Of a stretch of DNA of 64,000 nt, positions 1-11,213 are shown piece by piece. The translations under genes were made by a program, and so were the position numbers. The notes beneath the pieces are model-generated. The model ran no database searches and had not been told where the DNA came from. It saw only the letters and a program-made list of their open reading frames with translations. Numbering within the stretch: position 1 is the first letter of the stretch; each line of letters starts with the position of its first letter. Source of the stretch: Cyanophora paradoxa CCMP329 (taxonomy: Eukaryota; Plantae; Glaucophyta); contig QPMI01000610.1 in assembly GCA_004431415.1 (NCBI GenBank), positions 186,001-250,000 of the forward strand. The letters are read 5' to 3'.

Positions 1-898
1 GCCCCCACCCGCGCCGGCCCTCGCCGGCGTCCCCTCCGCCGACCCAATGCGGGGCGTCGATATCGCAGCGGCGATCGGGCGGCGCTCCTCGGCCCCGACG
101 CCCATCCTCGCGAGCCCCACCTCCGGCCCCCTCCTCGGCGTGAGTCTCCCTGGGCCTCGAGCCCCCGCTCCGGATCTAGAGCTGCAGGATCCTGGCCTCA
201 ACCCCTCCCCCCTTGCCCCCCGCCCCGAATCGCCCCGAATTCGAAAGTGAATTTCCCTTCCCCGGACCCCGCAGCGGCGTGCACGAGCACGACCCCTTCC
301 GAGCGCGCGCCGCAGCGGGCCCTTTTTAATTAGCAACCGGCAGCTGCAGCGACCCGTCTTATGCTTCTTGGCGAGGAGCTGCCTTAGGTATGTCACACTC
401 CGCAAATCATGTCTTCGAATTCAACAATCAGCAGCTAAATACAGTTAGCTATAGGCTTATACTACCCGGAGTAACGCCGAGCAACGTTAACTCCCGGAGT
501 CCCACGCGCACGCTGTGCTCTCGAACGCCGCGCGCGCGGAGCTTCCGGCTGACACTGCGGAGGGGGAGCGCGGTCGCCATGCCAAGAATGCCGATGCATA
601 TGCACGAGGTTTGTATTGTCAACCGGGAGGTTTTCGAGCGCGCTGACTCCTGTCGACGTCGCTGCAGCTGCATGCAGCTGCGTATGCAGAGGGGCCGCTG
701 CCGCCGGCCGCCGCCGCTGCCTATCGCGCGCGCGCTTTTTCTTCGCAGCTGCAGCGCGACGCATCGTGGTGCTGCATGCGCAGCTGCGCATGCAAGCGAA
801 ATTTTGCCTCAATTTTTAATTAGCCGCAATTTTTGCGGGGGGGCGTGCACGGGGTACGGCACTGTTTGGTGGTGGGGGTACAGGTCTTCACCGGCAAG

Positions 899-3076
899 AT
901 GAAGCGATCGGCACCGGACGGCGGGCGCGAAGACGGCGTCAAGCGCATTGCGGATCCGGAGGGGGCTGGGCCCAGCGACGCAAGCCCCTCCGCAGCTGCC
1001 GGCGAGTGGTCCCAGATCGCACCCGACGTGCTGGCTGCGGTCCTCGCCCTGCTGCCCGTGCACGAGCGGTGCCGCGCCAGCCGCGTCTGCAGGAGCTGGC
1101 GCGCGGCCGCGCTGCTCACGCAACACACCGCGACACTCAAGATCTGGTGCGGTCGATGTGGACGCGTACGTCGACGCGGCTCTCGCTCATTCGAATCCAA
1201 TCCCTCGCAGGGTCCTGCCTGAGGGCAGCGACCAGGCGACGCTCCCGCTGGCGCAGCGCGTCGTGCCGAGGCAGCGCGTCCCGCCGGGCTCCATCGCCGC
1301 CCAAATCGCCGCCGAAGACGCGAAGGAGGAGCCGACGACGGCGCCGCTCACCGCCGGCGAGGCGGCCGAGGCGCTGCGGGGGCCCATCCCGGCGCTCTCG
1401 ACGGAGCTGGAGCTCTTCTTCGCGGGCGCGGGCGCCTGGCGCGCCGAGGCGCTCGCCGCGGCGCTGCCGCCCGCCCTCCGCCGGCTGCGCGTCGTCGCGA
1501 AGCAGGCGAGCGACGCGACGCGCACGGGCCTCGTGCGCGAGCTGCGCATCGGGGAGCGCCCCTCGCTGCGCGAGCTCGCCGTCAAGGACTGGATCGTGCC
1601 CTCGGGCCCCCACCTCGTGCGACCGGCCCCGCGCGGTTTCACTCGGTTTGGCACTCGAACGCGGGGCCCGCGCAGCCGCTGCGCCACGGGGCGCTGGAGG
1701 TCGTGGGCGGGACGGCGGCGGACCCGACGGCGGCGCCGCTCCTCGAGGCCTTCCCCTCCCTGCGCCGCATCGACGGCCTCTTCGTCATGCGCGGCCGCGA
1801 CGGCGAGGTCAGGCCCCCCGCCGAGCCGCCGGGACGTCGGGCCGCTGAGGCGCGCGGACGGCAGAGCGTGGCGCAGCTGGCGGCGCTGGCCCGGGCCGGC
1901 GTCCGCTGCAACCGCCTCGACGTCCGCGGTGTGCCCGCCCCGCCGGCCATGCCGTTGGGGGCGCCCCCGCCGCGCCTCACCTGAGCGCCGCGCCGCGGCT
2001 AGCCACCGACCTCTCGGGCCCCGAGGCCGCCGCCGCCCTCGCCGTGTTCGCCCCCGTACCCCCCTCGGGCTCCCTGGAGATCCACAGCTGCCAGCTGCCG
2101 GAGGCGTGGCCGGGCGGCCTCCCGCCCGGCGTCGAACGGTGCCCCCTCCCCCGCTCTCCGGGGCCTCCGTGGCTGACGGGCGCCACCGTAGCATCCGGCT
2201 CTACAGCTGCGCGCTCCGTACCCCCATGCTCGATTGGCTCCTGAGTGCGTACCTCTTCATTCCGAAAAAAATATCGCGCACCCTCCTTGTGTAACTCGCG
2301 TTCGTTCTAATCTCGCGTACCTCCCACTACCCCCCTCCTCGTAGGAGGGCGGCACGTCTCGACTCTCCGCGAGCTCCACTTGGACCGCTCTCTCCGGTAC
2401 CCCGAGCTGGCCCTCGGTGCGCGGCCTTGTACCCCGGTCGATGTCGACCTCGGAGTCAAAATATCAGCCGTGCGCGCAAGTTGGGGGCTGACCGCTCTGT
2501 GTTCAGCGGAGCTGGCGGGGGCGCTGGAAGGGGTACCCCCCTCGTGCCGCGTGCGCCTCTGCTGGCCCCTCTGCTCCCCCTGGGATGACGCGGCCTTCTC
2601 CGCGGGTTCGACCCCTGCGCGCCCCTCTTTCGAACTTGCGTACCCCCCGCCCTAATCGACTTCTGCGAAGGCCTGGAGCGCCTGGCGTCCTCCCGGGAGC
2701 TCCTCTCCAAGGCCCGCCCCCTCCCGAACCTAAAACTAGCATCGGGGCCGGGCTCTGAGCGCCGGCAGGTGGAGTTCTTCTACGCGGGGCGCGTGCCGGG
2801 GGCGACCCCCGCCATGGACAGGGCCTTCTCCCGCTACCGCGCCGCCCGCGTGCGTCCCCGGGGAGGGCGATCTCAGCGCTGCCCCCCTCACGCCCCAGCC
2901 AGGAGGCCGCCCTCGCGCCGCCCCCGCCGCCCCCGCCGGCCCCGCCGGCCCCGGGGCAGGGCCAGGGCGCCCGGGCCGGCGCCCCGGGCAGCGTCCTGGA
3001 TCAGATCGTGGGGCGCCTCGCGGCGCGGATGAAGGAGCGCGCGGGCGCCGGCCCCGAGGAGGCCGGCACCATGTGA
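899..3076 (+). CDS. F-box / LRR-like protein (multi-exon, 3' end approximate)
   Basis: ATG at 899. N-terminal F-box WSQIAPDVLAAVLALLPVHERCRASRVCRSWRAAA, then LRR-like segments (LRRLRV, PSLRELAV, FPSLRRIDGL). Plausible last exon ...VLDQIVGRLAARMKERAGAGPEEAGTM-TGA. Confidence 0.7.
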
Positions 3077-3654
3077 GGCTCCGCAATATGGCAGCTCTGG
3101 GGGCGAGATTAGAACTGTTGCACGACCTGAACCTGTTGTACACGCCCCCGTAAGACACAAGAGCAGGTGGGTGATCAAATCTAAAACCGGCTACAAGCAT
3201 AAGCAGCTCGAAGACTCATTGACTGCAGCTCTCAAATCATGCATGAGTCGGGTCAATTAAGGTTGAGGCTAAGCATAGCTAGGCTAGCATGCTGCTACAT
3301 GTACGTATACATACACATGTGCATACAGAACACATGTACAACGTTCAACGGTTAACGTTCAACGTTACTAGTTAACAAAGCTTGACCTCGGCCGGCCACT
3401 TCGAATATCGATTCTTTCGTAGAGGCCTAGGGTTCTCTCTGATATTGATTGCAATTGTGTTGTTCACGACGATGTCGACGTCACGGCTCACGTGCATGCG
3501 GATCGGAGGCGTCGGGCTAGGCACGCTCTAGCCCTCGCCCGTGCAACCGACACCTGCGCATGCATGCTCCAAGGCAGAGCCGGTGCCAGCTGGCTTCACG
3601 ATCAAGACTTCAAGATCATGGGGCGGGGGCTACGGCTCTGGAACTGGCGCGCGG

Positions 3655-6600
3655 CTACATCTGGGCGCCGCTGGCGTCGGCGACGAGGCAGAGGCAGTGC
3701 TGGAAGAGGTCGTCGAGGGCGCCCCAGACCCCCCGCTGCGAGGAGGAGGGGGAGGAGGGGCGGTCGGCGCGAGGCGTGTCATTCGGATCAGGGGCGTCGG
3801 CTCGGACCTGTGCGTCGAGGGCGGCGGCGGCGGCCTCGCGGAGGGCGGGGACGGCGGGGATGAGGTCCCCGTGCGCCCGCAGGAACACGTTCAGGTACGC
3901 CTGCCCGCGCCCCGCCTCGATCAGCCCGGCGCCCCTTAGAACAAAGGGCGGGGGCGGGGGGGGGGGGGGCGGGCCTGGACGAGCTCGAAGTCGCGGCGGC
4001 GCTCGAGGTGGGCGGCCGCGAAGGCCAGGAAGTCGACGAGCGCCGTGCAGGCCTCGTCCTCCGGGGGCGCCGGCAGCGAGCGGATCTCCAGGTCCACCTG
4101 CGCCGGGCCCAGCGCCGACAGGTGCCCCACCACCGCGTCGTCTGCCCGGCGAGTCAGCGGGCGCAGCAGGGCGAGCTGGGCGAGGGCTGGAGGGGGGAGG
4201 GAGCGCACAGGGCCCGCCGGCCTCGGCGCAGTCGCGGAGGATGCCGGCGAGGCGGTTGCTGGGGAGGAGGCTCCCCAGCTTCCCCACCCGCTTCTTGCGC
4301 TTGCGCGCGCTCTCATCCTCGCCGGCGCCGTTCTCCTCGCCGGCCCCCGCGGCGCCCGAGGGCCCCGGGGCGACGCCGAACTTGGCCTGGAGGCCGGGGA
4401 GGGTGGGGAGGAAGAAGGGCGCCGCCTCCGGCGCCTTGGGCCCCTCCCGCGGCCGGTTCCGCTCCTGCGCCGCCCGCCTGGCGTCAGAGGAAACCGAACA
4501 GCGGAGGGAGGGGGCTGGGGCGGGCCTTGATGACGTCGATGTCGGCGAGGGTCTGCCAGCGGGCCCGGGGGGCGCCGGAGAGGGTGACGTGGCGGCCCTC
4601 GGCGCGGCGCAGGGCGGCGGAGACGACGGCCTCCGAGGCGAGGGCGCGGGGGAGGCCGTCCCCCACGTCCCCCTCCTCCCCCTCCCCCGCCTCCAGGCCC
4701 CCGCCGCCGCCTTCGTCGTCGTCCTCGCCGGGGGCGCCCGAGGCGGTGGGGAGGGGCAGGGCGCGGGGGTTCGAGAGGTCGGGCGGGGGCCGAAGGAAGG
4801 GGGCGGAGAACTGGAGGCGGTTGGACCAGAGGTGGATCCCCGTCGAGCCGACGTGCGTCGTCGCGAGGTAGTCGTTCGCGGGGCTCAGCGCCAGCGACGT
4901 CGCCGCCGTCGCCGTCCGGAACGCGTCGATGGGGCGCCCCGCAGGCAGGTCCCACGTTCGGATCTGGCCCCGCACCCCGCCTCGGAGGGGGTAGAGGAGA
5001 GGCGGGGCGGGGCGAGGGGGGTACGTACGGTCGAGTCGGTGGAGGAGCTGATGAGCCACCGCCCGTCGTCGCTGTAGCACTGCGCGGGCGGGGCGGAGCC
5101 GGCGTCGCACGGGTACTCGGAGCGCACGGGGGTACCGCCCCCGCGGGGGCGATACGGCGGCGCACGAGGTCCGTGATGAGGTTCGTGTGGCCCGTGAAGC
5201 GCCGCGCCACGCGGCACGAGACCTGAGGCGGCGCGCCCCCGTCGGCCCGGCCCGGCGGGGAGGGGAAGGGGGTGCGCGGCGGGTTGGGAGGGGGTACCAT
5301 GTCGTAGACGCGGATGACGAGGTCCTCGCAGGCGACTGCGAGCAGCGTGCCCTCCGGCCCCAGCGCCATCTGCGCCGTACCCCCGTGAGGCCCGCCCCGG
5401 CTCGTCCGAGGGGTACGCGGGAGCGCACGCGGACGACCGCCGATCCGAGCTTGACCTTCGTCTCCAGGGCGCCGGTCTTCGCGTTCCAGATCTGGGGCGG
5501 GGTACGCGTGAGGCCGGCTCCGGGGGGGGAGGGGCCGCTCAGGTGAGATTCAGGTGAGGAGGGGCGCACCCGGAGGGTCCCGTCGTGCCCGCCCGTGACG
5601 AGCTGCTTGTTCAGGTCCTCCGCGCAGATCCCCGTCACGGGGCCCCGGTGCTCTGCGAGAGAGGCTGAGAGGGCGAAGGCCGAGGGGGGCGGAGAAGGGA
5701 GGCGAGCTCGCTACATGGTCTAGGCTAGCTAGGCGGCAGCGGCGGGTCAGACAGTACGAATACGTTGAGAGTAGCGCTCAGGAGATCGCGCTCAAAAAGA
5801 AGGTGGCATCACGCCCGCCGGAGCCTTAGGTTTGAAAGGAAAGGACCAGGACTAAAAAAGGCTAGGACCCCGAGAGGCGGATCAGACAGTACGAATACGA
5901 TGAGAGTTGCGCTCACAGAGCTCGCGCTCAAAAGAAAGTGGCATCACTTCCGCAGAAACCGAGGTCACAGCCAAAAGAAAAAAAACCGCATATCCCGCCC
6001 CGCCCCGCCCCGCCCCGCCCGGCACCCGGCCGCGGGTCAGACAGTACGAATACATGTGAGTTGCGCCCACGGGGGGTCGCGCTCGGAAGAAAGTGGCATC
6101 CCTCCGCGCGGCCGGTACCGGTCCTAACCCCGCCCCACCCCCCCAAAGCGGCGCGCACGCTTGTAGGTGGCCCTGTGGATGCCGCTCTGCAGATTGTAGC
6201 GGTCGATGACGCCGCCGGCGCTGCGGCGGAGCGAGCCCGCCCCGTCAGCAAGCAAGCGGGGCGCAAGCAAGCAAGCAAGCGCGGCGAGCGGGGCGCACCT
6301 GCCGACGTAGGCGAAGTTGCCGCACGTCGAGAGCGCCACGCACTGCCGGCCGAGCGAGCGAGTCAGAGAGCCGGAAGGGGCAGAGGAACCGAGCGGGCGG
6401 GCGCGCGCCTTGACGGGGGTGCCGTCGGTGGTGGGGAGGCGGTGCTGCCCCAGCGCCTTCGTCTCCCAGCGCCACGTGTACGCCGCCGGGTGCCCCTCGT
6501 GCGCCGTCACGATGTTCGCCCAGTCCCGCTCCCGCAGCGAGCCTGGCCCCGCGGTCGGTCAGAGGCCGGCGAGGGGGCGCGCGGCGGGGCGCGGGAGGGG

Positions 6601-8126
6601 CGGACAGGCGTCGAAGGCGACGACGGGGGGCAGCTTGAGCTCCTCCTTGGGGACCTGGGCGATGCGCGCCTTCTTCGCCACCCGCCCCTGGCTCAGCTCG
6701 CAGCTCTGCGACTCCTGCGCGCACCGCGGGGCGCCGGTCAGCGCCCCCGCCCGCCCGCCCCCCGGCGGGCCGAGCGGGGGCGGCGCGCCTGGATGGTGCA
6801 GAAGAGGCGGAAGGAGCGGTCGAGGCCGGCCGAGAGGAGGTTGTACGAGTCGGTGCCGTAGTAGCGGAGGCGGGTCGGGGGCGCGCTGTGGCCCGAGCGG
6901 CCGCGGAGGGGCCGCCCCGTGCCGTCGGCCTGGTCGAAGAGCCACATACGGAGGGCGTTGTCGGCGCCCGAGGTGAGGAGCACGGGCTCGCCGTTGAGGA
7001 AGCGGACGCAGGCGACGGCGGCGTCGTGGCACTCCTTCATGCTCGCCAGCAGCCGCCGCTTCTCGAGGTCCCAGAGGTGCACCCCGCCGGCCGTCGTGCC
7101 CGTCGCGAGCACGGCCTGCCCGTCGGTGCGGAAGGAGAGGGAGGTGACGGGCCCCTCGGCCTGCGTGAAGCTCATGAGGGTCTGGTCGGCCTTGAGGTTG
7201 TGCACCACCGCGCGGCCGTCCGCCAGGCCGACCCCCACCACGTCCACCGCCGGGCTCTGCTCCATGCACCGCACCTGCCGCCGGCCTCAGCGCGCGCCGG
7301 CGGCCGGGGCTCGCGGGGGGGACGGCACCTCGACGCCCCAGCCGGCGAAGGAGTAGACGAGCTTGCAGGAGCGCACGTTCCAGAGCTGCAGGGGCCCCTC
7401 GCGGCTGCCCAGGACCACCTGCGCCGGCGTTAGGCGCCGCGCGGAGCCGGCGGGGGGCGCGGCGGGCCTTGTTGAGGTACGTCGCCGGGTGCAGGATGCA
7501 CGAGGGCGTGAACTTGGAGCCCAGCTCGACGCTCGCGACCTCCGACTCGCCCGCCACGTCCCACGCGATCAGCCTCCGATCGTCCCCGACCGAGAGGACG
7601 TGCGCGCCGAACGTCAGGAGCAGCCGCACGGTCCCTGAGTGCCCCCGCAGCGTGTGGACCTGCGGTGCCGGTCAGCGGGGCGCGCGGCGGGTCTGGCGCG
7701 TACGCGCACCAGCGTCGAGCGCTTGAAGGCCAGCACATCGTTGCCCGACGCGACGAATGTGAGGTCACCCTCCGCAGCTACCGCCGCGACCCGCTTCGGG
7801 AGCTGCGGGCCTGCGCGGGCGTGAGGCTCGGGGCGCGGCCGCCGATCGTGTGGCAATCAGCGCACCAACACAAACGATGTTGAGCTTCGCGCACTGCTCG
7901 CGAGGAGCGCCGGGCGGGCGGTCAGATCGCGATCAGCGAGCAAGCGCGGCGCGAGCGGCTGGCCCGCAATGCTCACATTGAAGATTTGGAAGGTCTTGTC
8001 GATCGCAACCGTCACGAAGTCCGCCGTGCCTTTCTGCTGGACGAAGAAGGGCACATCGTCCGTGATGTGGCCAAGGGCGCGGAACGGGGCGAAAATCTGC
8101 GATCCCGCGCCCCTGTCCTTCGCCAT
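3655..8126 (-). CDS. UTP21: U3 snoRNP/SSU processome WD40 protein UTP21 (WDR36), about 20 exons
   Basis: Spliced translation gives N-terminal SQIFAPFRALGHITDDVPF, HPATYLNK, TSGADNALRMW, R-GHSAPPT, ERNRPREGPKAPEAAPFFLPTL and C-terminal DFELVQAYLNVFLRAHG...LFQHCLCLV, all typical of Utp21. Confidence 0.95.
5741..5819 (-). ncRNA. Intronic box C/D snoRNA, copy 1 (LSU Um guide, snR51/SNORD41-like target)
   Basis: Minus strand: GGCGGG stem, box C-like GTGATGC, guide CGTATTCGTACTG, one spacer T, box D CTGA, CCCGCC stem. Guide is complementary to conserved LSU rRNA CAGUACGAAUACG. Confidence 0.85.
5877..5953 (-). ncRNA. Intronic box C/D snoRNA, copy 2
   Basis: GCGGA/TCCGC terminal stem, GTGATGC, the same 13-nt guide, CTGA. 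Confidence 0.85.
6031..6108 (-). ncRNA. Intronic box C/D snoRNA, copy 3 (more divergent)
   Basis: CGCGG/CCGCG terminal stem, degenerate box C GGGATGC, guide GTATTCGTACTG, CTGA. Confidence 0.75.
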
Positions 8127-8296
8127 GGCCGGCTGGCCGTCGCTAAGCTTCGCTGGCTGCTGCAGGAAACTGCCCGGAACGCTGCTGCAAAATGTCCCTC
8201 GGAGGAGTTGAACGCTGATCTCTAGGCTCGAGGGGACCGCGACAGCGCCCCAGCTCCAGCTCTAGCGAGCCGTAGCGCCGCACACAGCCCATTGCG
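8127..8296. promoter_or_regulatory. Probable bidirectional promoter (UTP21 / F-box gene)
   Basis: 170 bp between divergent start codons at 8126 (-) and 8297 (+). Confidence 0.5.
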
Positions 8297-10352
8297 ATGG
8301 ACGGGGCGCCAGCAGCTGGGATTCATGCGCTGCCGCGCGAGCTCCTGTCGGCGATGCTCAGCTACCTGGACGTGCGGCAGCGCGCGGTGGCGGGCAGCGT
8401 GTGCAAGGCGTGGCGGGCAGCGGCGTTGGAGCCGCCGTATTCGTCCGAACTGTCCCTCGCGTGCGTTCGGCTCCGCCTCCGCGCGTTCGTGCGCGGCGTC
8501 GTGGCGCATCGCTCAAGCGCCGCGCAGGGTCTTCGGAGACGTACCCGATGGATGCGCGCGCGGGGCGGCGGCGGCGCTCCTGTCGCACCTCCTGTCGCTC
8601 CTGTCGGTCGAGACCGGGCCGCCGCCGTGCCCGGCGCTCACGGCGCGCATGGTCGCGGTGCTGGCGACGGCCCCGCGGGCGCTCTCCGTGGGGGCGGCCG
8701 CGGGCGTGCTCGGGGGCCCGATGTGCGCCGGCCTCCTCCGCCTCCGCCTCGCCGTCCTCCTCCGGCCCGAGGCCGAGGCCGAGCACGGGCAGGCGGACGC
8801 CGACCTCGCCGCCTTCTGCCTGGAGGCCGCCCTGCGCGCCGCCGCCCCGTCCCTCCAGCACCTCGACCTCCACTTCCCCGCCGCCGACACCTCCACGTAC
8901 CCCGGCCTCTGGAGCTCGGGTACCCGTCCCCCCCCACCCACCCCCACCCCTCGCCTGACTCCGGGCGCAGGGCCGCTGGATCAGATCTTCGCGCGCCTGG
9001 CGCCCGTCTTCGCGGAGCGCGCCGCGCGGCTGCGCTCCCTCGCCCTCCGCGGCAGCGACGGCCCCGTCCACCTCCCCTCCCTCGACGAGGCCCGCGTACC
9101 CCCGCTCACCCCGAAGCGCCCGTACCCCGCCGAGCTCGAGCCCGGGGCGCGCGCAGGTGCCGGCAATGCCGGAGCTGGAGTACCTGGGAGCGCTGGTCCA
9201 GAGCCCGAAGGCGGGGGCCCTCGCCACCCGCCTCCCCCGCCTGCGCCGCCTCTGGGGGGTATCCCTTTACGCCGATCCCGAGGGGACGGCGGCCCTCGCG
9301 GCCCTCGGACTGCGCTGCCGGCACCTGCGCGTCGCGGGGGCGGACCTGGGGCGGGGGGGCGCCCTCGCGGCGGCGGCCGCCCTCTTCCGCCCGGGAGACT
9401 TCCCGCCCGATTCGGGCACGCCGGCCGTCGTCTTCGGCGGCTGCGAGCTGGCCCCTGGCCTGGATTGGGACGACGCGTACTTCGAAGGCGCTCTGAGGCG
9501 CGCGCCCCGCAACTTAGGAGCCGCACTCCTCCCGCACCTCTCCCAGACTGACGGCGGCGCAGCGTCGAGGTGATCGACTGCTACGCGAGCGAGAACTTTC
9601 TCCTCTGGCTCGGGGGTACGACGCTCCTGCCCGTCGCCCCGCGCCGCTGAGGGGCGTGCAGAGCGCGCGGCTTCCGCCTCCTTCCTTCGCATCGAGTGCG
9701 ACCTGCAGCTGGCGGAGGATGCCTCGGCCGGTGCGGCCCGCCGAAACTGAACCCTGCGAGCTCGGGGTGAGGCCCGCCCGCCAGAGGATCTCGTCGACGT
9801 CCTGCGCGCGCTCCCCCGGGGTACAGGCGCCTCCGCCTCCCTCGTCGCCCGCAGCTCCTGGCAGCCTCAAGAGGCCCGTACCCCCTTTCACTCCGGAACG
9901 CGTGCGCCCTCGCGCGCAGACGCTGGCCCTCCTCGAGGGGGTCCTCTCGGAAGTGGAGCTCATACGGGCCTGCAAGGCGCTCCCAGCCCCGCCCCGGGCC
10001 CCGCCGCCCTGACATCCCCCGGGGATGACGGCGGGCGGGCGGGTGCAGGTGGAGATTCGAGCAGGTTCGCGGGAGTCCTGGGAGGCGTACGAGGTCTACC
10101 GCGCCAGTCACGTGCGCGCCGCCCGCGGCCCCCTGCCGCGATCCTGAGCTCAGCGGCCTCCGCCCCCCGTTCAGAGGATCCTGCGAGAGCGGGAAAGTTC
10201 CAACGCCGCCGACTTCCTCCGAGTGCGCCCCGCCCCGCCCCGCCCCGCCCCGTGCCCCCGCCTCGTGCCCCCGGCCGCCGGGCGAGGACCCCGCCGAGCG
10301 TGCCGCACGGCAGGCGGCGTTCGAGGCGGTCTTAGCAGGACTGCAGCGTTGA
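8297..10352 (+). CDS. F-box / LRR-like protein (multi-exon)
   Basis: N-terminal F-box IHALPRELLSAMLSYLDVRQRAVAGSVCKAWRAAA. LRR-like PSLQHLDLHF, RLRSLALRG, MPELEYLG, LPRLRRLWGV. Last exon ...QAAFEAVLAGLQR-TGA. Confidence 0.75.
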
Positions 10353-10609
10353 ACGCGATGCACGCCGTACGGCGGCCACACAGACGCACGCCGCAGCCGG
10401 CGTCTTGGGCCTGCAGCCTTGGGTCCGGGCCCTGCAGACGACGCGCCCGGCCCCCTGCCGCCGCCCCCTAGTGTGCGATCGCTGGCACGTGCAATTTATG
10501 CAAAACGCATCGCGGGCGGAAGACAGATGCGGAGGCCTAGGGCTGCGTATCTCGATAGCGGCTCGCCCTGCCCTCCCCCCAATGCCGGCACCCCCGCCCC
10601 CCAAGCGCA

Positions 10610-11030
10610 ACGAAGCATGACTGCCCCTGCCCCCTACGACTCGCCCCCCAATGCCCTTGCCCCCTAATCGCGATTCCTGCATTAAGCATGGAGGATACAG
10701 AAACAGATCTAGAGGCCCCGGAACCCCTCGACTCGCTGCCCTTGCCCTTGATCGACTCGCCCGCTCAATTGCAAGTGTGCAAGCGCCTGCCCCATGCGTA
10801 TACGTATACTATGATAGGATGCGATCTATGACACGTTCATGATCACGTTGTACTGCCTCGAGATTCCTACAAATTCTGACATTAGAGAGCATCGAGTATC
10901 GGGTCGCGGGCCCGCCACCGGTATGCCGTACCTCCCATGCCCCTACCCCCTCGAATGCAATCAATGACATGGTGTTATGTATCGCGATTCCTGCATGAAG
11001 CTACGAAGCATGGGGGATACAGCAACAGAG
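10610..11030. repeat. Degenerate local duplication between convergent gene ends
   Basis: ATCGCGATTCCTGCAT is exact at 10667-10682 and 10981-10996, each followed by AAGCATGG-GGATACAG-AACAGA-like sequence. Confidence 0.6.
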
Positions 11031-11213
11031 GTGGCCCGCGGCCGGGGCCGCCGCGGTCACTGGTCACCGATGGGCGGTATCCTGATGGCGGGCAGGGAGG
11101 GGACGCGCCTGCCGAGGGGCGGCGGGAGCATCACCACCGCCGGCACGGCCGCCGCGGCGCTGCGGGGCCGGGCGCGTCAGAGCGCCGCGGACGGCCGGCT
11201 CGAGGCGGGCGGC

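Noticed and set aside
1-330. Possible 5' end of a minus-strand gene at the window edge
   Set aside because: No recognisable motif and too little sequence to support a call.
5741-6108. Three spaced repeats as a CRISPR-like array
   Set aside because: Eukaryotic intron with no cas genes; the units have C/D boxes, terminal stems and rRNA complementarity.
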